Shown here: positions 26,107 through 35,358 of the stretch, piece by piece
Position numbering within the stretch: position 1 is the first letter of the stretch
Layout: each line of letters opens with the position of its first letter
Assembly: GCA_036555065.1 (NCBI GenBank)
Contig: DATBLZ010000028.1
Span: forward strand, 146-64,145
DNA from: Gammaproteobacteria bacterium
GTDB lineage: Bacteria; Pseudomonadota; Gammaproteobacteria; Steroidobacterales; Rariloculaceae
Direction: 5' to 3'
DNA: 64,000 nt
The notes under the pieces: generated by a model
What the model was told of the DNA's origin: nothing
The model's database searches: none
What the model saw: only the letters and a program-made list of their open reading frames with translations
Position numbers and translations under genes: made by a program

Positions 26107-26669
26107 TGACAGGGCGCCGGCGGCTGCTCAAGTTGCTCGCCGTTTTCGGGCTCGGGCTGCCGCGCTCTGTGCTGCGCGCCGACACGGGCGATGCGGGCGC
26201 GGCGCCGCAGGAGAACGACCGGCTCGTCTTCGCTTTCGGCAAGCGCGCCGGTGAGCCGATCGCTCCCGAGGATCTCGAGGTCGGCGCGAAACAAGTGTTC
26301 GCCTATCCAGAGGATCCTGCTACGGGGCTCATCAAGAGCGGCAGCCGCTTGAACCAAGTCGTTCTCGTGCGCCTCGATCCCGCGGGCTTCAAGGCAGAGA
26401 CGCTCGCGCGTGCCGCCGCAGGCGTCGTCGGGTACTCGGGCGTCTGCTCGCACACGGGCTGCGACGTCACGGATTGGTTCGCCGACGTGCGCCGCTTCAA
26501 GTGCCCGTGCCACGAGTCGGAATTCGATCCGAGCGACGCCGCGCGCGTCGTCGGCGGGCCGGCGCCTTGGCAGCTCGCGGCGTTGCCGCTCAAGATCGTC
26601 GACGGCAAGCTCGCAGTTGCGGGCGCTTTCGAGGGCCGGCTCGGCTTCCTACAGCCGGATCAGTTATAG
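26106..26669 (+). CDS. Tat-exported Rieske [2Fe-2S] protein (bc1/b6f-type cluster motifs)
   Basis: Twin-arginine leader MTGRRRLLKLL; box I CSHTGC, box II CPCHES. Confidence 0.85.
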   Translation: MTGRRRLLKLLAVFGLGLPRSVLRADTGDAGAAPQENDRLVFAFGKRAGEPIAPEDLEVGAKQVFAYPEDPATGLIKSGSRLNQVVLVRLDPAGFKAETLARAAAGVVGYSGVCSHTGCDVTDWFADVRRFKCPCHESEFDPSDAARVVGGPAPWQLAALPLKIVDGKLAVAGAFEGRLGFLQPDQL

Positions 26670-26700
26670 GAGCGGTTTTGTAGGAGCGGCTCTAGCCGCT
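26666..26700. repeat. REP-like elements (partial 26666..26675 plus full 26680..26700)
   Basis: ATAGGAGCGG-TTTT-GTAGGAGCGGCTCTAGCCGCT; overlaps the Rieske stop codon. Confidence 0.7.
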
Positions 26701-26712
26701 TTGGAGAAGACC

Positions 26713-27348
26713 GTGAAACGACTAGCTCTAATTGCAACCTGTTTGCTCGCCGTCGTCGTGGTGTCGCCCGGCATCGCGCAACCCGTCGAAGGCCGCGATT
26801 ACGTGCTCGTGCAGCCGCCGCAGCCGACCAACGACGCGAATCACATCGTCGTGACCGAGTTCTTCTCGTATCAGTGCCCGCATTGCTTCGCGTTCTCCTC
26901 TGTGCTCAACGAGTGGGTCAGCCGGCTTCCGGCGGACACGGTTTTTGATCGCGTGCCGGTATCGATCGGGTACGCGACCTGGGCGCCGATTGCGCGGGCC
27001 TACTACGCGCTACAGATGATGGGCAAGCTCGAGGCGCTCGATGCAGCGATTTTTCGCGCGATCCACGTTCAGCGCGTGCCGCTCGCCGATGAGGCGGCGA
27101 TTGCAACTTGGGTTTCAGCGCAGGGCGTGAATAGGGATGAATTCACGTCGACGTACAGATCGTTCAGCGTCAATACGTTCGCGACACGCGCCGAGCAAAC
27201 GTCGCGGACGTATCGCATTCCGAGCGTGCCGACGCTGGCCGTCGACGGTAAGTATTTGGTGCGGATCTCGGACGACGGCGAGTTCACGAGGCAGCTCGCG
27301 ATCGTCGACGCGTTAATCGAGAAGGCGCGCGCGGAGAAGGCACGGTAG
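26713..27348 (+). CDS. dsbA: thiol:disulfide interchange protein DsbA
   Basis: Signal peptide, FFSYQCPHCFAF (CPHC), RIPSVPTLAVDGKY; GTG start preceded by GGAGAAGA. Confidence 0.85.
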   Translation: MKRLALIATCLLAVVVVSPGIAQPVEGRDYVLVQPPQPTNDANHIVVTEFFSYQCPHCFAFSSVLNEWVSRLPADTVFDRVPVSIGYATWAPIARAYYALQMMGKLEALDAAIFRAIHVQRVPLADEAAIATWVSAQGVNRDEFTSTYRSFSVNTFATRAEQTSRTYRIPSVPTLAVDGKYLVRISDDGEFTRQLAIVDALIEKARAEKAR

Positions 27349-27363
27349 CCATTCGGCCCGCGA

Positions 27364-27843
27364 ATGAAATTCGATCAAGCAATGGCGTTCATTCGAAACC
27401 GTGGGGTCGTGCTCGAGTCGGCGCAGGGGCCCGTGCCGCGGATGGCCGAGCTCATCGCAGGCGAGCCGATCAAAGGCAGCTGGTGGGCACACCCGAAGAG
27501 TCACTCGATATTCGCAGTCGTCACGCAGATCAAGGAATCGCCGGACATTCTCGTTTGCCGCCTCGTCGAAGGTAAGATCACGTATGTGCACCGCCGTCTT
27601 TGGCCCGCGCTCGTTCGGCTCGCGGACCGTTTCGGCGCGGCGAACCTCGCGCAGGTGCGTGACGAGCACACGAGCGCGGGGCACCATGTGAGCCGTCGCG
27701 TGCCGTTCCCGAAGTGGGTCCCTGCCGATGTGATCGCGGCCGCGCGCGGGCTCGATGAACGGCAGGCGCTTGCGACTCTCGGCGGCTGGGCAAGCGCAAC
27801 CACAGCGGCGCGAAAAAAGAAGAAAAGGCGCTCGCATGAATAG
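27364..27843 (+). CDS. conserved hypothetical protein with basic C-terminal tail
   Basis: 159-aa ORF, GSWWAHPKSH and YVHRRLWPALVRL blocks, tail ARKKKKRRSHE; 8-nt overlap with the next gene. Confidence 0.5.
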   Translation: MKFDQAMAFIRNRGVVLESAQGPVPRMAELIAGEPIKGSWWAHPKSHSIFAVVTQIKESPDILVCRLVEGKITYVHRRLWPALVRLADRFGAANLAQVRDEHTSAGHHVSRRVPFPKWVPADVIAAARGLDERQALATLGGWASATTAARKKKKRRSHE

Positions 27844-29017
27844 GGCCGACGTCCGTATTCCGATGATTCTCGCAAGTCTCTGCGCAGCGAACATCGCGAG
27901 CGCACAAGATCTGCGCGGCTCGCCGCCGCTGCCGCCGTTGCCGCAAGTCTATGAAACCTCGGAGCACCGGATCCGCGTCGTCGAGATCGCAGGCGGACTC
28001 GAGAATCCCTGGAGCCTCGCTTTCTTGCCGAACGGCGACATGCTCGTCACGGAGCGCATAGGAAGGCTGCGCATTCTGCGCAACGGCGTGCTCGATCCGA
28101 CGCCGATCGCCGGCGTTCCGGCGGTTCGCAATACGATTCTCGGCGGCTTGCACGACGTGCTGCTGCATCCCGATTTCGCGACCAACGGCATTCTCTACTT
28201 GAGCTATGCGAAAGGCGGCGAGGGCGATTTGGCGACGACGGCCGTGTCACGCGGCCGGTTCGACGGCACGAAGCTCGATGCCGTCGAGGAGATCTTCGTC
28301 GCCGAGAACTGGAGCACGTCGCCGACCAATTTCGGCGCGCGCATGGTGTTCGGCCGCGACGGCAAGCTCTACCTCACGGTCGGGGAGCGCCAGGAGCAGG
28401 ATCGGGCGCAAAACACGCTGCTTCACGGCGGCAAGGTGCTCCGGCTCAACGACGACGGCAGCGTGCCGGCCGACAATCCGTTCGTCGGCCGGGAAGGCTA
28501 CCTTCCGGAGATTTACTCGCTCGGCCATCGCAGCCCGCAAGGTCTCGCCGTCCATCCCGAGACGGGCGCGATCTGGGAGAACGAGCACGGCCCGCTCGGC
28601 GGCGACGAGATCAACATCATTCTGCCCGGCAAGAACTACGGCTGGCCGCTCGTGACGTACGGCCGGGACTACGACGGCTCGATCATCAGCGAGCTCACGT
28701 CGCTTCCTAATCTCGAGCCGCCATTGATGTATTGGGTGCCGTCGATCGCGATCTCCGGCCTCACGTTCTACACGGGCGATCGATTCCCCGAGTGGAAGGG
28801 CAATGCGTTCGTCGGCTCGATGATGGCCGGCCGCATTCGCTGGACCGGCCACGTGCAGCGCCTGACGTTCGAGAACGGCCGGCCGATCCAGCGCGAGCCG
28901 ATCCTCGTCGAGCTCCGCCAGCGCATCCGCGACGTGCGCGCGGGGCCCGACGGTTTGCTGTACGTGCTCACGGACCAGAATCCCGGTGTCGTGTTGCGCG
29001 TCGAGCCCGCGGAGTAG
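27836..29017 (+). CDS. PQQ-dependent sugar dehydrogenase (soluble aldose/sorbosone dehydrogenase, YliI-like)
   Basis: Signal peptide; LENPWSLAFLPNGDMLVTER, GHRSPQGLA, GGDEINIILPGKNYGWP. Confidence 0.85.
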   Translation: MNRADVRIPMILASLCAANIASAQDLRGSPPLPPLPQVYETSEHRIRVVEIAGGLENPWSLAFLPNGDMLVTERIGRLRILRNGVLDPTPIAGVPAVRNTILGGLHDVLLHPDFATNGILYLSYAKGGEGDLATTAVSRGRFDGTKLDAVEEIFVAENWSTSPTNFGARMVFGRDGKLYLTVGERQEQDRAQNTLLHGGKVLRLNDDGSVPADNPFVGREGYLPEIYSLGHRSPQGLAVHPETGAIWENEHGPLGGDEINIILPGKNYGWPLVTYGRDYDGSIISELTSLPNLEPPLMYWVPSIAISGLTFYTGDRFPEWKGNAFVGSMMAGRIRWTGHVQRLTFENGRPIQREPILVELRQRIRDVRAGPDGLLYVLTDQNPGVVLRVEPAE

Positions 29018-29019
29018 CC

Positions 29020-29655
29020 GTGGCCGTCCCAGTATCGGCGCTCGAAGCGCTCGGCCGACTGCGCGAAGGCAATCGCCGCTTTCTCTCCGGCAACCAGAGT
29101 CGTGACACGGCAACTAGTCATATACAGCGCATGGAGTCGCTCGCCGGTCAGCGGCCGTTCGCCGTGATCCTCGGATGCTCCGATTCGCGAGTGCCGGTCG
29201 AAACCGTTTTCGATCAGGGCTTCGGGGATCTGTTCGTCATCCGCGTTGCCGGGAACATCGTGGCGCCATCGCAGATCGGCAGCGTCGAGTTTGCCGCAGA
29301 GAGGTTCGGCACGCGGCTCGTCGTCGTTCTCGGGCATACCCATTGCGGAGCGATCGAGGCGACGCTGGAGGAGCTGCAGCGCCCGACCGCGAGTCAATCG
29401 CGCAACCTCCATTCGATCGTTCAGCGCATTCAGCCGGCCGTCGAAGGTTTGCTCGCGACCGACCTCAAACGCGACTTCGTTGCGCTCGCCCGCCAAGCCG
29501 TGCGCGCCAACGTCCGCATTTCCGTGGACCACTTGCGTCATGGGTCGGACGTGCTCGAGGACCTTGCGGAAAAGGACGGTCTCCTCATCGTCGGCGCCGA
29601 GTATGCGCTCGAGAGCGGCGTCGTCGATTTCTTCGCCGGTGTGCCTGCGCGCTAG
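29020..29655 (+). CDS. beta-class carbonic anhydrase
   Basis: GCSDSRVP (C-x-D-x-R) and GHTHCGA (H-x-x-C) zinc motifs; GTG start 3 nt after the upstream stop. Confidence 0.85.
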   Translation: MAVPVSALEALGRLREGNRRFLSGNQSRDTATSHIQRMESLAGQRPFAVILGCSDSRVPVETVFDQGFGDLFVIRVAGNIVAPSQIGSVEFAAERFGTRLVVVLGHTHCGAIEATLEELQRPTASQSRNLHSIVQRIQPAVEGLLATDLKRDFVALARQAVRANVRISVDHLRHGSDVLEDLAEKDGLLIVGAEYALESGVVDFFAGVPAR

Positions 29656-29664
29656 GGAACGCGA

Positions 29665-30201
29665 ATGCACGGGGCCGAAAACGCAAGTAGGGTATTCCCG
29701 CTCGAAGGCGGCTGCGACTGCCGGCACGTGCGCTATCGCATGGCGACACCCCCGCTGTTCGTTCACTGCTGCCACTGCCGTTGGTGTCAACGCGAGACGG
29801 GCACGGCGTTTGCGCTCAATGCCCTGATCGAAGCCGCCCGCGTCACGTCGCTCGGGGCCGAGCCCGAGATCGTCCACACGCCGTCGGCGAGCGGCAAGGG
29901 GCAGGAAATTCTGCGCTGTCCGCAATGCCGTATCGCAGTTTGGAGCCACTATGCGGGCGCTGGGCCGGTCATTCGCTTCGTTCGCGTCGGCACGCTCGAT
30001 GCGCCGGATCACTTGCCGCCCGACATTCACATCTTCACGTCGTCGAAGCAGCCGTGGGTCGTATTGCCCAAAGGAACGCCCGCGGTGGCCGACTTCTATA
30101 AACGCGAGCAGTATTGGCCGCAGCAGAGCCTCGCGCGCTGGGAAGCGGTCCGGCCCGAGATCGAGGAGTATCGCGCAAGGTCGCGGGGCAAGGCAGGCTA
30201 A
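29665..30201 (+). CDS. GFA (glutathione-dependent formaldehyde-activating/CENP-V) family protein
   Basis: GGCDCRHVRY, HCCHCRWCQRETG, RCPQC cysteine clusters. Confidence 0.85.
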   Translation: MHGAENASRVFPLEGGCDCRHVRYRMATPPLFVHCCHCRWCQRETGTAFALNALIEAARVTSLGAEPEIVHTPSASGKGQEILRCPQCRIAVWSHYAGAGPVIRFVRVGTLDAPDHLPPDIHIFTSSKQPWVVLPKGTPAVADFYKREQYWPQQSLARWEAVRPEIEEYRARSRGKAG

Positions 30202-30205
30202 ACGC

Positions 30206-30550
30206 ATGGCTGCGAAGATCGCCGATGTGCGCCGGTTCGCGCTGTCGCTCCCCAAAGTGACGGAAGAGCCCCATTTCCATTTGTCGTCGTTCCGAGTCCG
30301 CGGCAAAATCTTCGCGACCGTGCCTCCCGATGAGCAGCATCTGCATGTCTTCGTCGACGAACAGGAAAGGGAGCTAGCTATCGTGATGAATCCGAAGGCC
30401 AATGAGAAGCTGTGGTGGGGCAAGAACGTCGCGGGCCTGCGGGTTACGCTCGCCGCAGCGAAGCTTGCCGACGTCAAGTATCTGCTCGAGTCCGCATGGC
30501 GGCGCAAAGCGCCGAAGTCGTTGCAGCTGCAAACGGGAGGTCGATCGTGA
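30206..30550 (+). CDS. MmcQ/YjbR family protein (second copy, no basic tail)
   Basis: VRRFALSLPKVTEEPHF, FRVRGKIFATV. Confidence 0.65.
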   Translation: MAAKIADVRRFALSLPKVTEEPHFHLSSFRVRGKIFATVPPDEQHLHVFVDEQERELAIVMNPKANEKLWWGKNVAGLRVTLAAAKLADVKYLLESAWRRKAPKSLQLQTGGRS

Positions 30551-31032
30551 CGAAACAATCAGCGGCGCTCGCGGTCGTGCTCGTTTCGAGCGCGAGCGCG
30601 ATCGCGGTGCGGGCCAACAGCGCTTCCATCGCCGACTTGGCATGGCTCTCGGGATGTTGGGCCAGCGAGGACGCCGAGCTCGGCTCCGGAGAGCAATGGA
30701 TGGCGCCGGCAGGGGGGACGATGTTCGGCGTGGGTCGAACGGTCAAGGCGGGCACGACCGTGACGTTCGAGTTTCTCGAAATTCGCGAGACCCCTCCCGG
30801 CAAGCTCGTGTACGTCGCCCGACCTTCGGGGCAAGCAGAAGCCGCTTTTCCGTTGCAACGGATCGAACCCCGACTCGTCGTTTTCGAAAACTCGGCGCAC
30901 GATTTCCCGCAGCGCGTCATCTATCGCCTCGAGGGCGAAGGTCTGCTTCGAGCTCGCATCGAAGGCACCGTCAACGGCGAAGCTCAAGGAGTCGATTTCC
31001 CGATGCGACGCGTTGCCTGCGAGGCGCCCTGA
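30547..31032 (+). CDS. secreted DUF6265-like (lipocalin-like) protein
   Basis: GTGA overlap with the upstream gene; signal peptide; WLSGCW, FEFLEIRE, HDFPQRVIY blocks. Confidence 0.55.
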   Translation: MTKQSAALAVVLVSSASAIAVRANSASIADLAWLSGCWASEDAELGSGEQWMAPAGGTMFGVGRTVKAGTTVTFEFLEIRETPPGKLVYVARPSGQAEAAFPLQRIEPRLVVFENSAHDFPQRVIYRLEGEGLLRARIEGTVNGEAQGVDFPMRRVACEAP

Positions 31033-32501
31033 TGCACGCAACGCGGCGCGAGCTCATGCAGGTGGGCCTTGCGACTGGCATGGCGCTCGCGGCTCCGCGC
31101 GTGCTCGCCCAGGCCACGGATCCCACCGAGCTCACGTTGACCGAGGCGTCGACACTGTTGCGAACGCGTGCGATTTCGCCCGTCGAGCTCGTACAGGCGT
31201 ATCTCGAGCGCATCGAACGGCTCGAGCCGCAGGTCAATTCATACATTACGGTGACCGCGGCGCTCGCGCTCGAGCAGGCGCGGCTTCACGAGACCGAGCT
31301 TGTGGCCGGGCGCTGGCGCGGGCCGCTGCACGGCGTGCCCATTGCGCTCAAGGACAACATCGATACGGCCGGCATTCGCACGACTGCCGCGAGTGCCGTG
31401 CTCGCCGAGCGTGTGCCGACGGCCGACGCCGAAGTCTACCGGCGCCTCAAGGATGCGGGCGCGGTATTGCTCGGCAAGCTCAACATGCACGAGTTCGCCT
31501 ATGGCGGCACTTCGGCGATCACGCACTTCGGTCCGGTCCGGAATCCCTGGAGTCTCGAGCACATTCCGGGCGGCTCCTCGGGAGGCTCCGCGGCCGCAGT
31601 GGCCGCGCGGCTTTGCGCCGCCGCCCTCGGGACGGATACGCTCGCGTCGATTCGCCTGCCGGCCGCCTATTGCGGCATCGTGGGCTTCAAGCCTACGCAC
31701 GGCCTTTCGAGCATCCGCGGCATCATCCCGGTTTCCGAATCGCTCGACCACGTCGGGCCGATGTCGCGCACGGTTGTCGATGCGGCGCTCGTGCTCGACG
31801 CAATCGCCGGGTACGACTCACTCGACTCCGTGAGCATCCGCGCGGACCTTCCGCGCTACGCAGGCGCTGGATACGAGAGCGCGACGCGCCTGCGAATCGG
31901 GATTCCGCGCGCGCCGTATTACGCCGATCTCGATCCCGACGTCGGCGCGGCGATCGAGGAAGCCTTGCGCGTGCTGCGGACGCTCGCCGGCGGCACGCGC
32001 GACGTCACGCTGCCGGAGCCGCCGAGCTTCGTGCCGTTGCTCGCCGAGAGCTACGCGTACCATGAGCAGTATTTAGCGGACCCGGCGAATCACGAGCTCT
32101 ACGACCCGTTGACTCTCTCGCGAATCATCGCGGCCGGCGAGGTGCCAGTCGAAGACTACGTGAACGCCCGCAACGAGCTCGCGCTCGTCCGCGCCTCGAT
32201 CGCCGACGTTTTCCGCGACGTGGATCTCCTCGTTACGCCGACGACGCCGAGCTTACCCGAGCTCATCAGCAATCCGCAGAACCCGAACGTGCCGTCGGGC
32301 GCGGAGGTATCCGTGCGTAACACAGCCCCGTTCAATCTCTACGGGATTCCGACGATCTCCGTGCCCTGCGGCTTCAGTCGCTCGGGGCTGCCGATCGGGT
32401 TGCAGATCAGCGGTCCGCGGCTCAGCGAGGTTTCGGTTTTGGCGCTCGCGCACGCCTACGAGCAGGCGACGGAGTGGCACCGCCGCCGGCCGCCGCTCTG
32501 A
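31032..32501 (+). CDS. amidase-signature family amidase, Tat-leader type N-terminus
   Basis: RRELMQVGLATGMALAAP leader; PIALKDNI (Lys), GGSSGGSAAAVA, SIRLPAAYCG. Confidence 0.9.
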   Translation: MHATRRELMQVGLATGMALAAPRVLAQATDPTELTLTEASTLLRTRAISPVELVQAYLERIERLEPQVNSYITVTAALALEQARLHETELVAGRWRGPLHGVPIALKDNIDTAGIRTTAASAVLAERVPTADAEVYRRLKDAGAVLLGKLNMHEFAYGGTSAITHFGPVRNPWSLEHIPGGSSGGSAAAVAARLCAAALGTDTLASIRLPAAYCGIVGFKPTHGLSSIRGIIPVSESLDHVGPMSRTVVDAALVLDAIAGYDSLDSVSIRADLPRYAGAGYESATRLRIGIPRAPYYADLDPDVGAAIEEALRVLRTLAGGTRDVTLPEPPSFVPLLAESYAYHEQYLADPANHELYDPLTLSRIIAAGEVPVEDYVNARNELALVRASIADVFRDVDLLVTPTTPSLPELISNPQNPNVPSGAEVSVRNTAPFNLYGIPTISVPCGFSRSGLPIGLQISGPRLSEVSVLALAHAYEQATEWHRRRPPL

Positions 32502-32550
32502 TGGGGTAAACTGAGCGCAGAATTCCGAGATCCACTGTCAGAGGCTTTCA

Positions 32551-33405
32551 ATGAAATCCAACAAGCGACTCTCGGCGCTGGTCGCGCTTTGTGTTTCGGC
32601 GGCTACGATCGCGATCGCGCAGAGCGAGCCGGCACCGCCCGCGACGCCGCGCATCTACATCTTCGACAACGGCGGGATCAGCGGCCTCGATCCGGCGCTT
32701 TTCAATTTCACGCGCGCGGAGCTCGCCGAAGTCGATTTCGTCAACCGTTCGTACCTCATCGTGCACCCGCGAGGCACGCTGATGTTCGACGCAGGCGCGG
32801 TGCCCGACAGCGCATTCGTGGGTCACGAAGGGCCGGTCGTCGAAGGCGTCGTGACGGCAACGCAGCCGCTCTTGCCGCAGCTCGCAGCCGCGGGCTATGT
32901 GCCCGCGGACATCGACTTCTTCGCGATGTCGCACTACCACTCGGACCACACGGCGAACGCGAATGCGTTCGCAGGCGCGACGTGGATCGTGCAGCAGGCC
33001 GAGCGCGACTACATGTTCAGCGAAGCGCCGCAGGGCATCATTCGCGTCGATACCTACGATCAGCTGCGCAACTCCAAGACAATACTGCTCAACAACGAGG
33101 ACCACGACGTGTTCGGCGACGGCAGCGTCGTCATCATGTCGACTCCGGGCCACACACCCGGCCATCAAGTTCTGGTCGTGAAGCTCGCGAACGCGGGCAC
33201 GATCGTGCTCGGCGGGGATCTCTACCATTACCCCGAGGAGCGCACGACGGGCCGCTTGCCGACGTTCGAGTTCGATGTCGAGAAATCGCGGGTGTCGCGC
33301 GCCAAGATGGAGGCGTTTCTCAAGGAGACCGGCGCCACGTTTTGGATCGAGCACGACAAGGCGACGCACGCGGCGCTGCCGAAGCCGCCCGGCTACGTGG
33401 ATTGA
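32551..33405 (+). CDS. secreted MBL-fold hydrolase, N-acyl-homoserine-lactonase-like
   Basis: Signal peptide; SHYHSDHTAN (HxHxDH), TPGHTPGH, GGDLYH. Confidence 0.8.
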   Translation: MKSNKRLSALVALCVSAATIAIAQSEPAPPATPRIYIFDNGGISGLDPALFNFTRAELAEVDFVNRSYLIVHPRGTLMFDAGAVPDSAFVGHEGPVVEGVVTATQPLLPQLAAAGYVPADIDFFAMSHYHSDHTANANAFAGATWIVQQAERDYMFSEAPQGIIRVDTYDQLRNSKTILLNNEDHDVFGDGSVVIMSTPGHTPGHQVLVVKLANAGTIVLGGDLYHYPEERTTGRLPTFEFDVEKSRVSRAKMEAFLKETGATFWIEHDKATHAALPKPPGYVD

Positions 33406-33413
33406 GAGGAATC

Positions 33414-34853
33414 ATGACGAGAACAGTCGCGGCTAGAGCCGCTCCCGCAGGCCCGCGTCCGCATTCGTGCGGGAGCGGCTTCAGCCGCGATTTTTTCCGG
33501 GTCGTGGCAATCGCGGCGCTCGCTTTCTCACAAGGTGCTTACACTCAGCCACCCGGCGGGTTCGGGCCGCGCGGTCCGCAAATCGAGAACCTGCCCAAAG
33601 AGCCGACGGCCGTCGTGTTGCCTACGCTCGTGGGAGAGGTCACGGGGCCGGGCCCGATGTTCGACTCCGCGCCGTCGCAGGCCAAGGGGCTCGACCCCGC
33701 GCACTTCGGCTACGTGACGCGCGAATACTTCGTTTCCGGAACCGCTGACGGCCGGCCATACACGACACGCGTCGTCGTGCGCCGACCCGGGGACGACCGC
33801 AAGTTCAGCGGGCTCGTGCTCGCCGAGTCGATGCACGGCAGCGGCTCGGCGCACGGATTCGAGTTCAACGCCGTGTACCTCATGGACTCCGGCCACGCGG
33901 CCGTCGAGATCGTGACGACTTCACCCGCGCAGTTCGTCGCTTTCAACGCCGCGCGCTACGGCAACATGAAAGTCGAAGACGGCCAGGCCAACGACATCCT
34001 GGCGCAGGTCGGCGCGCTCGTTAAGAGCGACACGGGACCGCTCGCAGGGCTCGCCGTTCGGAAGATGGTGCTGTTCGGCACGTCGATGAGTGCCGGCACG
34101 CTCATCAACTACTTGCCGGCGCACATGGTCTATCGCACGCCCGACATGAAGCACGTATACGACGGTTTCATCCCGACGTCGAACGGCTCGACGATTCAGG
34201 AGATCGACGTTCCGTTGATCCAGATGCCGACGTTGCTCGAGATCGAAGCCAACGTGCCGCGGCGTCAGGACGGCGACGAGCCCGGCAAGCAGTACCGGCT
34301 CTACGAGTTCGCCGGCATCGGCCACGTCGATTCGCGCGACAACGTGCGCTTGATTCCGAATCCATGCACGCGGTCGCTGAGCACCGTGCCGGTTCAAGCC
34401 TACATGGCCGTCGGCCTCTATCACCTATTCCGTTGGGTCGACGAAGGCATCGTGCCGCCACGCGCGGACCGAATTTTGCTCGACCGCAACACCGGCAATG
34501 ACGGCTCGCAGGCGGCCGACGACGCGCACGGAAATCCGTTGGGTGGAATCCGCACACCCTATGTCGACGTTCCCGTCGCGAAGTACGGAGCCAGTATCAC
34601 GGCGATCGATCCGGTGATACCGAACGCGAGCGCTTACGTAACGGCGAATGGCCTGCAAGGCGCGCAGATCATGTGCCGCTTGAGCAATTACCAAGAGCCG
34701 TTCTCGGCTGCGAAGCTCCGCGAGCTCTACGGCACTAAGCGGAATTTCGAGCGCATGTTCGCCACGCGCCTCGGTGCGCTCGAGCAGCAGGGCTGGTCGC
34801 TGCCCGTGTATCGCGAGTTGATTCTCGGCGACGCGGCCGTGGTCGATTTCTAA
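33414..34853 (+). CDS. secreted alpha/beta-hydrolase-domain protein of unknown specificity; start uncertain
   Basis: Nucleophile-elbow-like GTSMSAG; long conserved-looking ORF. The first 26 codons from ATG 33414 are REP sequence, so the true start may be downstream (about 33500). Confidence 0.6.
   Translation: MTRTVAARAAPAGPRPHSCGSGFSRDFFRVVAIAALAFSQGAYTQPPGGFGPRGPQIENLPKEPTAVVLPTLVGEVTGPGPMFDSAPSQAKGLDPAHFGYVTREYFVSGTADGRPYTTRVVVRRPGDDRKFSGLVLAESMHGSGSAHGFEFNAVYLMDSGHAAVEIVTTSPAQFVAFNAARYGNMKVEDGQANDILAQVGALVKSDTGPLAGLAVRKMVLFGTSMSAGTLINYLPAHMVYRTPDMKHVYDGFIPTSNGSTIQEIDVPLIQMPTLLEIEANVPRRQDGDEPGKQYRLYEFAGIGHVDSRDNVRLIPNPCTRSLSTVPVQAYMAVGLYHLFRWVDEGIVPPRADRILLDRNTGNDGSQAADDAHGNPLGGIRTPYVDVPVAKYGASITAIDPVIPNASAYVTANGLQGAQIMCRLSNYQEPFSAAKLRELYGTKRNFERMFATRLGALEQQGWSLPVYRELILGDAAVVDF
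33427..33490. repeat. REP-like element pair (inverted): 33427..33448 and 33467..33490
   Basis: TCGCGGCTAGAGCCGCTCCCGC ... GTGCGGGAGCGGCTTCAGCCGCGA. Confidence 0.8.
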
Positions 34854-34854
34854 C

Positions 34855-34929
34855 GTGGGAGCGACTTCAGTCGCGACTCTTACGAGGCCTCGCGGCTAAA
34901 GCCGCTCCCACAGAAAAAGCCGCTCCTAC
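34855..34929. repeat. REP-like cluster: 34855..34876 (fwd), 34890..34911 (rev), 34916..34929 (partial rev)
   Basis: GTGGGAGCGACTTCAGTCGCGA / TCGCGGCTAAAGCCGCTCCCAC / AAAGCCGCTCCTAC. Confidence 0.8.
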
Positions 34930-34950
34930 AGACAGGGCTACTGCGGCGGG

Positions 34951-35244
34951 CTAATTCCCCGGAGGCGGGCCGCCCTGCGGACGCGGACGCGTGTCGAACT
35001 CTTGCTTCGAGACCGATCCATCCTTGTTCGCATCCCAGCGGCCGAAGACCTCATCGGCGCTGACTGCGCCGTTCGGACCGGCGCCCAGCGTCGCAACCCA
35101 GGCGGCGACCTCTTCCTTCGAGAGCGAGTCGTTCTTGTCCGTGTTGAGCCCATCCCACGTCGGCGGCGTGAATTGCTGCGCGGATGCGAGCTGCGCGCCG
35201 AGCGCGAGCGCCAAAGCTGATGCCAATGAAATGTGCGTTCTCAT
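34951..35244 (-). CDS. periplasmic EF-hand pair protein (97 aa)
   Basis: Signal peptide MRTHISLASALALALGAQLASA; two 12-residue loops NTDKNDSLSKEE and DANKDGSVSKQE; Pro/Gly-rich tail. Confidence 0.8.
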   Translation of the reverse strand: MRTHISLASALALALGAQLASAQQFTPPTWDGLNTDKNDSLSKEEVAAWVATLGAGPNGAVSADEVFGRWDANKDGSVSKQEFDTRPRPQGGPPPGN

Positions 35245-35287
35245 GTTCTAGTTTTCTCCACAGGTGAGTTGCGGAAATCGCGCGGCG

Positions 35288-35293
35288 ATTATA
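35288..35293 (-). promoter_or_regulatory. possible -10 hexamer (TATAAT on minus strand) for the EF-hand gene
   Basis: Plus-strand ATTATA = minus-strand TATAAT, 44 nt upstream of start 35244. A related TATAAC (35335..35340, + strand) lies 19 nt upstream of the PQQ-ADH ATG. Confidence 0.25.
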
Positions 35294-35358
35294 ACGCTGC
35301 GGCGCGGTGCGATGGTAAGCTGCGAGTGTCGCCGTATAACGACAACAACGGTATACCG

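Noticed and set aside
32589-34853. 754-aa ORF that would fuse an alternative frame over the MBL gene with the alpha/beta-hydrolase-domain protein
   Set aside because: The first roughly 275 residues are an out-of-frame Arg-rich read-through of the lactonase-like gene (32551..33405), which has clear HxHxDH motifs. Only the part from about 33414 onward looks like a real protein.
34951-35244. Calling the EF-hand protein a lanmodulin orthologue
   Set aside because: It has only two EF loops, lacks the Pro at loop position 2 that characterises lanmodulin, and is shorter. It is retained as a generic periplasmic EF-hand protein, with a metal-chaperone role only as a hypothesis.
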